64,000 nucleotides of DNA from NCBI RefSeq assembly GCF_000143415.4, contig NW_003314281.1, positions 1,961,882 to 2,025,881 of the forward strand, in the 5' to 3' direction. A program made the position numbers and the translations under genes. Positions within the stretch are counted from its first letter, which is position 1, and each line of letters starts with the position of its first letter. This document shows positions 1 to 12,686 of the stretch, piece after piece. This stretch comes from Selaginella moellendorffii (lineage: Eukaryota > Plantae > Lycopodiophyta). Below the pieces are notes generated by a model. The model saw nothing but the letters and a program-made list of their open reading frames with translations. It searched no databases and was not told the DNA's origin.

Positions 1-966
1 GACGAGGATGAAATCTTGCGGCTTGCAAATGTAGGCCAGGCAAAGAACAAGGACAATATTATTGACACGCTCACAAGATCCCTTGTCATTCGTAACAAGT
101 ATGTTTCTATGTTCTTCTTGACACGACCAATCCTTCCAAGCCATCTATATCCAGGAGTTACAGAGACTTGGTGAACAAGTGCAGCTCTTTGGGAATGAAC
201 GAGACAGTTGCTATTCAAAAAGCTAACAAAGCATCTGAGCAACTCAGAATTCTGAAGGTATGCACAGCTTTGATCCATGGTTATTCTCTACTTATCGAAT
301 CCAGGCTCGCGTCCAAGAGCTAGAAAAAGCTCTAGAGGTTAAAGAAAACAAGGAGCTTCGAGACCTGAAGAGGAAGATCGAACAAAGTAATACGAACTTT
401 GTAGCTGAAAAACAGATGGCTTCCACAACCGCGGAACATGAGAACAAAGTCAGGCATGAAACCGCTACTGAGGATGGATGCTTTGTGCCTAAGCCTACAA
501 ATCTCTGCTCTGATAAAGCTCTACAAATCTCCATAAGGCGCGACGCTCCAATATGTAGCCCGATTCTTCCAGGTAAATCACTGAAACGTCTCACTTCCTC
601 ACCAGCAGCACCATGAATCGCAGGCGACTTGGCGAAAAACCAAGAGCACGTCTGTGCGCAAGACTCGTCGACCAGAAAGAGAGTGTACGCCGCAACGAGC
701 GGGACGAGCTCTCCTCGAGGATTGACACCGTCCAGTAGTGACAAGGGAAGCTTCATACTCCGCGGTGCAGATGGCCGTGGTGGAAGAGTGACGATCTTGA
801 AGCCTCCGGTAAGTCCGATCACTTTAGTCTCACAGTGTTTAAGTTCATATATGTTTCCAAATTCCAGGGAATCAAAGCAAGCGCGCATAAACAATCCAAG
901 CGTGCCAGGAATCACGGCAGCAACGAAGGATTGCACATAGAACACTTCTTCGGGCGCGCAGAATAG
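1..966 (+). CDS. 3' part of TRAIP-like RING-type E3 ligase (coiled coil and C-terminus), spliced; 5' end outside window
   Basis: Spliced translation DEDEILRLAN...SLVIRNKSYRDLVNKC...ARVQELE, GADGRGGRVTIL (TRAIP-type C-terminal motif) and final exon GLHIEHFFGRAE* (PIP-box-like, TAG 964-966). GT-AG introns include 573-623 and one starting at 809. Confidence 0.75.
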
Positions 967-1042
967 AGTATGTTTGCATTACATAGTATATATTTTGCGG
1001 TATATTGCATTTTGCAGCAATGTATGATACCATAGTTCTCCG

Positions 1043-1739
1043 TCAAGGAGCTTCCAGGAGCATCTTGCCAGTGTCAAACTCCAGAAGCGGCTGCTGCTCC
1101 AGCCAAGACTCATCGAACTCGATGTTGTTATCCGGGATCGAGAAGAGCTCCTCCAGAAACGCATCGTCCAGTGTAAACGTTTGCTCGTCACCTTCCAAGC
1201 TTCTGGATTGCGGCTGCTTGCCATCGATATCACTTCCCACAAACTCTCCTTGCACAGCTTGAATTGCATCCTCGAAATCACCATCTGCAGAGCTCAGCGA
1301 AGGCGAGGATACCAGAGGTGGTGGCGAATCCTTGTTCAAGGTTAACTCCTCTGGCTCTTGAGACTTGGGACGATCCTCCGCCAACTTATGGGTAGTGTCA
1401 CCTTGTAACGATTGGATGAAGGGCTTCATCTGGGGTGGCAGAGTTTCGAAATTGAGGCCGGCGATAGTGTCGAGCGCGTATTTCTTGCCCGTGTCCGGAG
1501 AGATAGCCGATACCGTGAGTATTGTACGTGTGAGCACATGTAGTTCCCATATTTTCTTTGTGATGCCGAAAATTCTCTTGCGGAAGCAACTTTTTCTTGT
1601 TTCCGGGTCCTGGATGTATTTGAGTGGGATTTTCTTCTTTCCGGCTGTTTTTTTCTACAACATAAATCAAAGAAGGAAAATTGAAGAACTATACATGGAA
1701 CAATCATACAAATACAAATACCTTGATTGATGGCGACAT
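1043..1739 (-). CDS. Type I-like MADS-box transcription factor (exon 1 1739-1722, intron 1721-1655, exon 2 1654-1043)
   Basis: The frame upstream of the track ORF reads AGKKKIPLKYIQDPETRKSCFRKRIFGITKKIWELHVLTRTILTVSAISPDTGKKY, a divergent MADS box. ATG exon MSPSIK joins in phase 0 through a 67-nt GT-AG intron. Acidic C-terminus, no K-box visible. Confidence 0.8.
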
Positions 1740-2016
1740 CCTATTGGGGGGACAATCCCTTAAATTGTCCCCCCATGGGGGGGACAACAACTTAAATATT
1801 ATATCTTACCCTTAAATCAGAAATAATATTTTATTAAGTGTACGATCTGCTAATTCCAGATGATCATACAAGTGTATCCCCAAAATAATCACGAAAGCAT
1901 CTTCACATGATATCTCTAAGAAATGTACTCGTGTGGAATTTCATCCTCAAAGCGTATCCGGTGGTGCGCAGTCTCTTAGAAGAAAGCTCACAACTATTTG
2001 GGAATATCTGTCATAT

Positions 2017-3711
2017 CTAAGTCAAAAGCTTTTGATAAATGAAATGGTTCCATGTGTCCACAGCCCCTGGTAAGCACCAGTGCAAGCAGTCATTTCTCCG
2101 TGGCTTACCTGGTTCCTGTGTCTTGAAGAAATTTGGATGCCCATCTGGCCTCATGAATGCGCTGTAAGTGACGTCCAAAACATCAAACCTACCAGCATTC
2201 GCCAGCCCCGCCACCTTTCCTCTCTCTACCTCCGCCACCTTTGCTCTCTCCACCTCCTCCCTCTGGATCCTGTTCATCCCGCTGCTCATGAAGGGCAGCC
2301 GTACGCTCCCGGGGGAGTATGGCACGGTACGGTTGCACACCCCGCCGGTGTACCACGCCCCGTGCTCGAAGTGATCGACCGTCACCGTCCTCGCGATGGT
2401 AACACCGCGGAACTCCCGCAGCAGGTAGCCCAGGACGCTGCGGTACGCTAACCGGTAGGCCTCTAGCTGGTCGACCTTAGTGACACCGTCGCCAGCAGCA
2501 TTGCATGGGTTGCAACCAAGAACTTTCGAGGAGTTGTAGTAGACGCTGGGGCGGTAGTACCAGTATCCCGTGGAGATCACCGCAACGTCGTACTGGAGGA
2601 CCTTGGAGGCCCAGATATCGTCCGGGGTGTCGAGGAAGACGCGGTAGGGATCGCTAGGAGATGTTCCAGGCGAGAACTTGACGAGGAACGGTGACCAGAT
2701 GTGCGTGAGCGTGAAGTTGTGGCGGTCGAATCCCCACCGCATCTCCTTGTCCGACTCCTCGAAGAAGATGATCTGGGGTCTCTCGAGCTTGTGGGGCTCT
2801 TCCACCTAGACGAGAAAGTTTCCAAAAGTTTCTAAGAGCTATTTGCTTGGAACTTGGGGGCTTACTTGGGCGAGCGCGCAGAGGAGAGATTGCATATGGT
2901 TTCTGGCCATGGAGTCGCCGATGAAGATCATCTTTTTGTTTGTCATGCGGCGAAGGAAGTCGCGGGGATCCAGAGGTGGCAGCTCGCAATCGTCGGGCTT
3001 CCACCTCCAGTTGAGGTACGTGAGGTCGGGCCTTCCATTTTTCACGCAGTTTTGGTTCGGCTGGATGAACTTGCACGTCTCGTTGGTGTAGAGCGGAGGT
3101 GTTGAATCGGGCACCCAGTTACCCTTTGAAAGATCACACTTTTCTCCTGAAAATAAAAAAGAAAGATAAAAGGAGAAAAAAAGGCAAAAAGTTCGAAAAA
3201 AGCTACCTGAGCTTGATGGTGGATTGCTGGATCTCTCCTCTAGAAACAAATCGAATATAAGCTACGGATCGACCAATCCAATTTGAGAATTTACCTGGGG
3301 TGTCCGTGGCTTGGTCATTTTTTTCTGAAATCATCCAGTTATAAAACGGGAAGTGATTGATTCCACAACTTTACCTGATCCTGGAACATAGATCCAATCA
3401 GGAAACCGGATAAAAGAAGAAGAAGTAAAAATACCTGAAGGAGATGGAGCTGGAGCATCACCGGTTGTCTCCTTTGCATTGCTGGGTGTGTCTAGAGAAC
3501 CAAATTCTCAGATCCAAAGAGAAAGACTTGCAAAACCACTAAAAATGAGGGTAACTTTAGCCAAACCTGACAATGAATCCCGGATCCTGCTGTTGATGGC
3601 GGCGAGCTCCGCCTCAAAATCCTGGCCTGGAAGGAAAGACAAGTAAACGAACCACAGATTGAGCAGCGTGAAGACGACCACTATGATCGATGTAACAGCG
3701 GCGTTCGCCAT
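2017..3711 (-). CDS. Trichome birefringence-like (TBL/PC-esterase) polysaccharide O-acetyltransferase, multi-exon
   Basis: N-terminal TM helix, CDLSKGNW, FIGDSMARN (GDS motif), RPDGHP, DCLHWCLPG (DxxH motif). Confidence 0.95.
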
Positions 3712-4365
3712 AGCTTCATGGTGTTTCTAGAAATCCAGACAGAAAAACCAGGCAGGAAACAAGGGATCGCCAATCGAATGGATGGACGGATTCAAAGCCT
3801 CCAGCCGGGAAGTAGCTCTCCAATCGGCATCATCGCAACTATTCCTTGTGCTTGTCACTACGTGCTTACGAGAGAGAGAGCAAGAGAAAAAGCATCTTTC
3901 CAAAAAGAAATAAACATACCTTCCAGTCACGACGACACGCTGTGTGATACTTGGTGGGGCGTTTAAGTCCGCGGGATTGTCAATCTCAAAGTGGTACCTC
4001 CACCATCCTGTGCTGTCACAAAGAACAAGGGAACTAATAATCAACCGAGACCCACTGGAACTTTTGGTGGAGCAATCCTTGTCGTGGAGCATTCCTGTTT
4101 GAAGACACGATCAAAGAAACCAATTCAAAACAAACATTGGTTGCAAGAAAAAAATGGTGAAAGTTTGCTCGATCGGTAACACTGGAGGTAAAAGAAAAGT
4201 TTTCTGGATCGACCGTGAAAACGTTTCGATCTTATGCTTACTACCGGACTGTTAGCTTCGGAGCCGGAGAACAGCTCGAGCTCGAGCTGGAAGAATCGTA
4301 CCGAAAAACCAAAAGAAAAAAAGAAAACCAAAGAATAGATCGATCGAGTTTCGAGATCGATCACT

Positions 4366-5958
4366 TCATCCTCCTCGAACCTTGTGAAACTGCCTCAACT
4401 TGGAGTCCCCCATCTCGCTCTTCCTCCTCGTCTCGATCAGCAAGTGGAAGAGAAGCTGGTTCCACGTATCGATCGGGCCGGGCAAGCACCAGTGCAAGCA
4501 ATCGTTCTGCGGCCTCTCGCCCGGCGGCTGGACGCGAAAGGTGTTTGGATGCCCGTCGGGCCTCAAGAACGAGCTCCAAGTCACATTCAACACCGCCATC
4601 TTCTTCTTCCCACTTTGATCCTCCCGCAACACTCGCTCAAACTCCTCCACCTGGATGTGATTCATCTCGTTGCTCATCCACGGCAGCTCCAAGCCGGCTG
4701 CCTGATCGAACGGGATCGTCCGGTTGCACAGCCCCCCCGTGTTCCAGGAGCCGTGCTCGAAGTGATCCACCGTGATCGTCCGGAGAACCGTGACCCCCCG
4801 GAAGTTGGCGGCCATGAACTCGAGCATGTTGCGGTGCGCGAGCCTGTAGGCCGGGAGGACCTCGAAGATGGTCAAGTTGAGGTGCGACCGAGGATTGCAT
4901 CCCAGGATGGTGTTGTTGGAGTAGTAGACGCTGGGGCGGAAGAACCAGTAGCCGGACGAGAGGATCGCGACGTCGTACTCGTGGAGCTGCGTCTCCCACA
5001 CGCTCTCCGGGACGTCGAGATGGATGTGGTAGATCTCGTCCACGAACTCGTGCTGCGCGAGGAACGGCGACCAGAGGTGGCCCAGCGTGAAGTTGTGCGA
5101 TCGAAACCCCCATTTCATGATCTTGTCATCGGTGTCAAAGAAGATCTTCTCGGGCTCCTCCACCTGTTGTTCATCGTCAACCTTTAGAGCTCCACCGGAA
5201 AAGTTCTAAGAGATTGTTAGAGATTTACCTGGGCGAGAGCGCACAGCAAGGATTGCATGTGGTTGCGAGCGATGGAATCGCCGATAAACACCATCTTCTT
5301 GCCGCGCATGGAGTCGAGGAACTTGGCTGGATCCAAGCTCTCGAGCTCGCAGCCGTCGGGTTTCCACCGCCAATCCAAGTACCCTCGATCGGGCCTCCCA
5401 TTCATCATACAGTTCTGCGAGGGCTGGATGAACGCGCACGTCTCGTTCGTGTACAGTGGCGTCCGGCTCGAATCGGGGATCCATTTTCCCACAGAGATGT
5501 CACACTCTTCGAAAGAAAGAAAGAGAATCGATCAGATGGGTCCAGGATCCTGGGACCGATTCCCAAAACCGAGTACCTGGGCTCGCGATTTCCTCTATTG
5601 GGTCACTGGAACTGCCATTCCCTCCCGGTAATTCGCACCCCTCGCATTGCTGATCGACCGATGGGGACGAAGAACCAATACCTGGAGCTGGCGAATTGTC
5701 GATTTCTCGTGGTGGGTCGCTCGTGTTCACGGTGGCGGGGGCGCTCCGGGCAGCGGCAGCGGCAGCGGCAGGAGAGAGGTCGATTTCGTGCCTGGCACCA
5801 ATGTCAGGCGCAGTGGTAAACGCGCCATCTTCGCTTCCTGGCCAACGAACAAAGGACGAGAAGGAGAAGAACCAGCAATTAGCGAAGAGGGCGATGGCGG
5901 CCACCGTTGCAAACGCCAGTGCCGTTCGCCCACCGCCCATCGCCGCCTCCTTTCTCAT
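4366..5958 (-). CDS. Second TBL O-acetyltransferase, tandem paralog (3 exons)
   Basis: TM helix, FIGDSIARN, RPDGHP, DCLHWCLPG. ATG 5958 (MRKEAAM...), intron 5576-5507. Confidence 0.95.
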
Positions 5959-6613
5959 GGCCTTGGAGGATCGCTTGCCGCATCTCTCTGGGTGGTCACT
6001 GCCGAGCCATGCCAAACAAAACGCTGACCATTTCAACCCCTCTTTTCTTCCAGGGTACATAAAGCTGGTCATGTTCTTGCCGCTGGGATACAAAAGCATA
6101 AATGCAAAAGCAAAGCAACGCGCAGGAGAGAGATCTTTCTCTCCTTTCGAGGCAAAAGAGCTCTCTCTCTCTCTCTCGATCGGCGCTTCCTCCACACGGC
6201 GACATTCCCTTTTGTTTTGCGATGATCGCGCCCGGTTCGTTACGTCGGGTGGAATGGAATAGGCGCGCCTGCCATGCTTCGTCTTGACGAACAATCAACT
6301 CCCAGCGATTCCCCTGTTTTTAGGGCACCCTGGAATTTAGGTCAAAATCACGAATTTAAATTTCGAGATTCGCGCTATAGTTAACGTGCACGGCCACGCA
6401 AGCTTTCTTTCCGCGCCACGTGCTTGGGCCAGGGTATGGGCCACTGGCCAAAACCCGCGTGGCGGTACGGCTATTGGATAAACCCAAGCCCGCATCGTCA
6501 CCGTTTCAACCGACGGCTGCGATGGCGCCACATTGCGATATATTAGCGCGTTTTGGCTCATGCATTGAAAGGGTCCGCTTCTTCTTTCGCTGCTCTCTTT
6601 GGGTTCTCCGGCT

Positions 6614-7389
6614 ATGGGACTTCTCGACAAGCTGTGGGACGATGTAGTCGCGGGGCCAAAGCCATCCGAGGGCCTTGGCAAGCTGAGGAGGAAGAGCAAT
6701 CCAGGTGATCGATCGATCTTTCCCTGCTTTTCGCTTTCTTCGGGCGGATTTTGCTGGATTTCTTTGCTCTTGCTTGTGTTTTAGCTGATCTTGTGATGGA
6801 TCGGTCGATATTCCAGCGGGTGAGAACGGCGATCGGCGATTCCAGCAGCGGAGCAAGAGCATCGCTGTTCCTAGGCGGCCGCCGGCCTTGAATGTCGAGT
6901 GCGAGGCCTCGTCGCCCTCTTCGTCGTCGCTGCCGTCGACGCCGCTGGGATCGAGCCCTCTAAATTCCCCATCGCCCGTGCCATCTCCGGGTATGATCTT
7001 CTCTATCGTTAATCTCTAGCAGTGTCTTGAAATTCTCTCTTTGCTATCGTCTTTAGATTTCCCCCTTTGTCAGTGTCTTCTACATTCGATTTGTTCTTTA
7101 GTTTTGCGTTTTGTTAGTTCTAGATTTTGCTATCTTCACAAATTGGCTCTCTAGGCCTAGTTCTAGATTTTGCTATCGTTTCTTCGCTAACGCTTGGATC
7201 TTTCTCACCTTTCCAGCCTCGAGAATGCGGCACAGTCTGTTTCGTCAATGCAACAATAGTTTCACGACCCAATCCGATCTGTAAGTTCCTTTCCGCTGCC
7301 GAATTTTCCTACCAAAGTTTTGGTGACATCTTCTCACGGAGGGAATCGACTTTTTTGGCAGGATGGTCATTAGTGCTCTGGACAAGTGA
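6614..7389 (+). CDS. Dormancy/auxin-repressed protein (DRM1/ARP family), spliced
   Basis: MGLLDKLWDDVVAGPKPSEGLGKLR signature, Ser/Pro-rich middle, last exon MVISALDK* (TGA 7387-7389). Confidence 0.85.
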
Positions 7390-8038
7390 TCGATCGTTAC
7401 GATCTACACTTGGAAGATCTGTAAGATCCCTGGTGCGTAACGCGGCCTGGTCCTGCGCGGTGGCTCTCATCCAAAGCCATCGATGGCGATGAAGATGATG
7501 ATGAAAAATAGTGTAAAGTTTTGTATCAAAGTACCTTGTGTGGTCTTGGGACTCGAATCCCGCCCTTCTAAGAAAAAGAAGTGATTGTGTGGTCTCGTTC
7601 TTATCGCGAAGCTTTGTAGTACTCGGTCTCCGCGTTTGTGGTTTCATTCTTATCTGTAACTTATCTACGCGTTTGGGGAACTCCTGCAAAGAACTTTGTA
7701 GCAAAGGAGGTGGCGAAAGAGAACTTTCGTACCATTCAGTCGCAAGACAATCGTGATTCTTGAAGAAAGCCATTGATCCACGCAAAATCCTGGGAAGCGA
7801 ATAAAGAATAACACATACAAAAAATAAAGTGTGGTCAAATGTACCTCGTTCACGCAATCTCGCTCGAGCGTTTCCAGGCTCCACCATATCCATTTTGTTG
7901 TCCCTTCTAGAGCTTTCCACGAGCTTCCTCTGAGCAAGCGGGACTTTCCCGTGATTCGGCCGGACAACGAAGAAGAAACCCGAGAGCTTTTGGGTGGTGT
8001 GTCGCATCGGATCAAGCTCTCCTGGGAAAAACTGACTT

Positions 8039-9741
8039 TCAGTGAAGCTGCTTGATCAAAGGCCTTTCCGGAAGTCGAGAGAGTATCGCTATTGTCTCCT
8101 CGTCGGCTTCCACCCCGTCAGCTTCCAATCTCTCCATGAATCCAGCCACAGGCTCCCGCGCCACCTCGTACGCCCTGAGCAGCGCGTTGAACAGCCTCAC
8201 GTCCGTCTTCCACTTCTCCAGCCTCCAGTTCCGGAAGAGAGTTTCGCAAGCCACAACTTCGCCTCGCTCTGCCAACGCCAGCATCACCATCCGGCACGTC
8301 CCAACCCACGGCTTTATGTCCTTTCTCGGCTCGGTCGACATGAACTTCCGTTCCTGCGGGGAGAGCTCGAACGGGACCCGGAACACCTGCCTTTCCAGCT
8401 GAAACAAATCCAGGGCCCTTTGGATGTTGTCGTTCTTGAGATGAATCGCAATCAGGTGGTGATACGTCGCTGGATCCGGCTTAAATCCCATCTGATGGAT
8501 CTTTCTCAGTAACGACTCGGCCCGCAGCACAAAGTTTCCAGCCTGACAAACTTGCAGCATCACGTTGCACACAGTTATGTGCATCTTTCTCTGGGCCGCG
8601 AGAGCGAGAAATCCCGACTCTGCCAGTTCAAACAGCCCAACCTTTGCGGAGCTCCTGATCATGCAGATGTAGTCCTCGGCAGTGGGATCCATCCTGCTCG
8701 TAATGTCCCAGATCCTCTTCACCCCTTCCACGTCGCCGATAAACCCGTAGATCACGATGATCACATTGTAAGTCCTTCGGAGCCTGTTAAACTTCCCGGT
8801 TTCCATGCCGTCCTCCACCACCATCAGCATCTCCTTGGCCTTGTCCACCATCCCGGCCCTCCCGTAGGAACTAGCAAGCATGCAGTACGTGTGCTCGTCC
8901 AGGAAGTTCTTGGACTCCATCATCTCGACGAGGCTCTCCATCTCGGCCACACCCCCGGCTCTGAAAGTCATCGGCAGCAAAATGTTGAAGGAGCACATAT
9001 TGAGAGACTGGCCAGCCTCCTCGGCGTCTCGGATGAGCTCGGCCACCTTCCAGAAAACTTGGTGCTTCTGGTAAAGAGTGAGCATCATGTTGATCGGTGA
9101 GATAGAACGCAATCCCCACCTCTTGAGCGTCGTGTAGATCGATTCCGCGTCGGCAGCCATGCTGTGCCTCACGTACATGGAAAGAAGAACCGTGTAGGCC
9201 TCTCGGGATTTCCAGTCGGCCGGGAGATTGTCAAACATTTCCCTTGCTCGTGTCACACTCACTCTGGAAACCAAGTCGATGTGGTTGAGAGCTTCCTTGT
9301 GGTCGTATGGGATCACTCTCTTCTTGTAAGCTATCCAATCCGATATCTGGAAGAGAAAGGAAGAACTTTAGATCACAGGGATCTCTGGAAGAAATTGCGA
9401 CTCACCCGGAGAGCGTGATGGAATCGCTTGCGCCTGCGCAGCTTGTGGCGGACGATAATCAGTCCATACCTGGTGATCTCGTTGCCCTCCGCCATCCATT
9501 CCTCGACGATCGGCACCACCATGTGATCCTGGCACCACTTGAGCCTCGAAATCCTCCTGGCGAGCTCCGCGTGCGCGACTGTCTCCGGCGTCACGCCGCA
9601 GGGATTCTTCCTCGTGAGGTAATCCACCAGCGGCGGCCCATCGAAATGGCCGCTATCCCATCCCAGCGCCGTGGACATCGCTCGCCGCCCTAGGAGCTGG
9701 AGCTGGAGCCGGCATTCTCGTAACGCATTCCAGGCAGCCAT
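8039..9741 (-). CDS. P-class PPR protein, probably mitochondrial (intron 9405-9347)
   Basis: Arg-rich presequence, then PPR-like units (YTVLLSMY, YNVIIVIY, PDPATYHHLI, FNALLRAY). Confidence 0.9.
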
Positions 9742-9999
9742 GGCTAGGGCAATACATTGGGAATATCCTTGACAGAGATCTGGGCCGTTGATTTTGAGCT
9801 GGCCAAAATGGCGGGACTGTTTTTAGGGTTTATTGTGACGTGGTGAAGGGGCGTTTCCTCGGCGGTGGCTGTTCTTCGGGGAGATTGGATGAATTGGCGA
9901 AGGGGCGAGTGACGAGCTTGTGTGAGTTTCGTCATTCCTCTGCGTTTTTCGGCGAATCGAAATCGGCGCTGAGGCTTCTTTTTCATGAGCGGATGAAGC

Positions 10000-12108
10000 A
10001 TGGGGCGATCAACGAGCTCCAAGGCCAGCAAAGACAATGACGGCGGCGAGAAGATTAGCATCACGGAGCAAGTCCGGCTCTACGGCATCTACATGTATGT
10101 GGATTTTGTTTTTGTTTTTCGCTTTCGTGTGGAGGGGATAATTTTTTCGAAGAAATCAATGAAGTGAAGAGCAGAAGGTTGCATTGGAAGATGCGAGAAA
10201 ACTTATCGAGAAGCTCCAAAGGGACTTTAACCAGCTTCGAGTGGAACGAGATATCATCCAACAAGAAGCTGTAAGTTCTCCTTTTCTTCCAAGGTTTTTG
10301 GATTTCTCATTGTTCTGCTCTTCGTTCTAGTTTGCGTCCACGGAGTTTTACGAGCATGATATAAAGCAGAAGAAAGAACTAATCCAGGAGTTGGAAACTA
10401 AGCTAGAAAATGTAAGCGTTCTAAAGCTGTTTCATGATCGGTATCTTCTCGTTTCTTTTGCAGAAAGAGAACGAGAATGTATCCATAAAGAAGCAATGGC
10501 AAGACGAGCTCGCGGCTACTCTTACTGCTGCCAAGATGGAGAAGGCCGAGCTCATCAATCACATTGGCAAGATCGAAAAAGAGCTCTACACCTTGCAGCA
10601 CTTTTCGGAGAAAAAGGTAGATTATGGCTTTCATTTTGGAAAATCTGACTTTGCAAGTTTTGGATTTTAGGCACAACTTGAAGCCAAGCTTGCTGCCGCA
10701 GATGCCGAGAATGTCCAGCTCGTAGAGAAGCACGGCAACGAGTTAGCGGAGCTCGAAAGAAAATACATAGAGCAAGTAAGTATCGGCTACCACCGTCGTC
10801 ATAAACTCCTTGCCTTTTTCAGGGAATCAACATGAAAAAAGACTTTGAGAAGAGCCTGGATGAAATCCACAGGAAGCTAAACTCCGAGATCGAGGACCGC
10901 GTCGGGCAACGAGTGAGAGACATCCTTGCCGAGGTACGTGATTTGTTTTTCCAGAGGAAGTACAAAGAGTTTTGTGTATGAAGGTGGCAGAATGAACGAC
11001 TTGGCAACGAAATCCGGATGCACGTCGAGATAACCGGCAATCTCCAGAGGGAAATTGATATCATCCAGGCGGATGCCGCTGGAGTGACACGAGACATCGA
11101 TTTGCTGCGCGAGGCCGACGGGCTTCATATGCGAAGGAGCAGCACACAGGCCCGAGTTATCGCCGAAAGCAACTTAAGAGTACGCCGTTATCACTAAGAT
11201 CCTCTCCTTCGTTCTTACAGCTTTTATTCCAGCTAGTGAGGCTCGAGCAAAGCATAGGCAATGTCGTTCGTCAGTATGGATCCGAGAGACGCGCCTTGGA
11301 GGACGAGCATCTCAAAAGCATCGCGGACTTCCAGCTTGAGAAACAGGCAAGAGAAACCTCTCATCGTTCTCGCGTTTCTCACAAAAGTTTTTGCTTGATC
11401 TCGCAGACAATGCGGCGGATCCTCCAGACGAAAGCCAAGGAGCTCCGGCGCGTGAGGCAGCTCGCCCAGCAAGTCCTCCGCGAGCGCGGCGAGGTGGAGT
11501 CGTTCCTCATCGAGTCGCTCCACACGGTGGTGGAGGAGATCAAAAAGTCCAAGAAGCAGCAAACGCCGCCAATCCTCACCAAAGCCATGCTGCGCGCGTG
11601 CAGCGAGCAGAAGAAGCCCGACGCCTCCTCCAAGCCGGCCACGTCCTCGTCGCCGCCATCGCCAAGCTCGCAAAAGTCGTCCTCGGCCCGGTCAGCGCAG
11701 TCGGCAAAGTCAGCGCAGTCAACGCAGTCGGCCAAGTCAGCGCACTCGGTTGACTTCGCGGCGCCGCCGGCGGCGGGGGCCTCCGCCGCCTCCAAGCCCA
11801 ACCGCGCGGTCAACAAGCTGGTCAAGTCGAAGTCGCAGCTGGAGGGGGAGACGCAGCTGGACGTGATGGGGCAGATGGAGGAGGTGCCGGTGCGGCTGGA
11901 GGCGGCGGTGGACGTGTCGCAGCTCAGCTGGGGCGACAAGGAGAAGGTCCTGCGCTACCTGTTTGCCAAGATCAACAGCGCGCACCAGATCCCCGGCAGC
12001 GTCGTCATGAGCCAGGCGCGCTACCCCGAGCTCTTCGACGACGACGACGACGCCGAGGAGCAGCACCTGTTTGGATCCGTCAGCGACGCGGGCAGGGTCC
12101 TCGTTTGA
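10000..12108 (+). CDS. Basal body-orientation factor 1-like (BBOF1/CCDC176) coiled-coil ciliary protein, multi-exon
   Basis: Coiled-coil exons, ELRRVRQLAQQVLRERGEVESFLIESL and VDVSQLSWGDKEKVLRYLFAKIN match the BBOF1 C-terminal motif as I recall it. Start MGRSTSSK at 10000 is inferred. Confidence 0.75.
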
Positions 12109-12647
12109 AACAATGCGGAGCTTGGAAATTAGGGTTGTGTCCGTATCTCAGTTTCGTACAATGAGGGTTAGGGTTCTCCTGTTTTTAGGGTTAGGGCACA
12201 GAAAGCTTGTATAAGGCTTCCTAGGAAACCCTAAAATGCCGTTAAACCCCTCTTTTTTCCCTTCCAATCCATATAAAAATTCTTAAAAGTAAATATATTT
12301 AAACAACACCTATTCATACGACATTTTCGTACACGAGATTCATGTGATCGGAAAAGATGGCATTGACGTTCTTCTATCCAGGAGCGAGAGAAAGGAAAGG
12401 CACTTTCGTGCTGGCTCGTCTCTCCGCTATCAATCCATGTTTATTTCTCCCGCTCCAAACAATTTTGGTGCCAGCAGCAGCCAGGAGGAATTTAATGGCG
12501 CTCGCATCGGATCGATACTTTCGTCTCCACCAGCAACAGTCTTTCAATGTCCCTGCTGCTCTGGTCCCTGCAAGTGCAAGCCATACCATATTCATCCAAA
12601 GAGATCTCGTCGCTCTTTTCCTTGTCTCTGATCGCGATTTTTTGAAG

Positions 12648-12686
12648 GCTGCTGCTGCTGCTGCTGCTGCTGCCGCTGCTGCTGCC
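12648..12686. repeat. (GCT)n trinucleotide microsatellite
   Basis: gctgctgctgctgctgctgctgctgccgctgctgctgcc. Confidence 0.9.

Noticed and set aside
4215-5819. Long plus-strand ORFs overlapping the TBL genes, and similar antisense ORFs over PPR, THI1 and LEA genes
   Set aside because: Shadow ORFs of GC-rich codon usage on the real coding strand.
12129-12235. Cluster of TTAGGG / AAACCCTA motifs after BBOF1-like
   Set aside because: Too short and scattered for an interstitial telomere; such telo-like motifs recur throughout the window.
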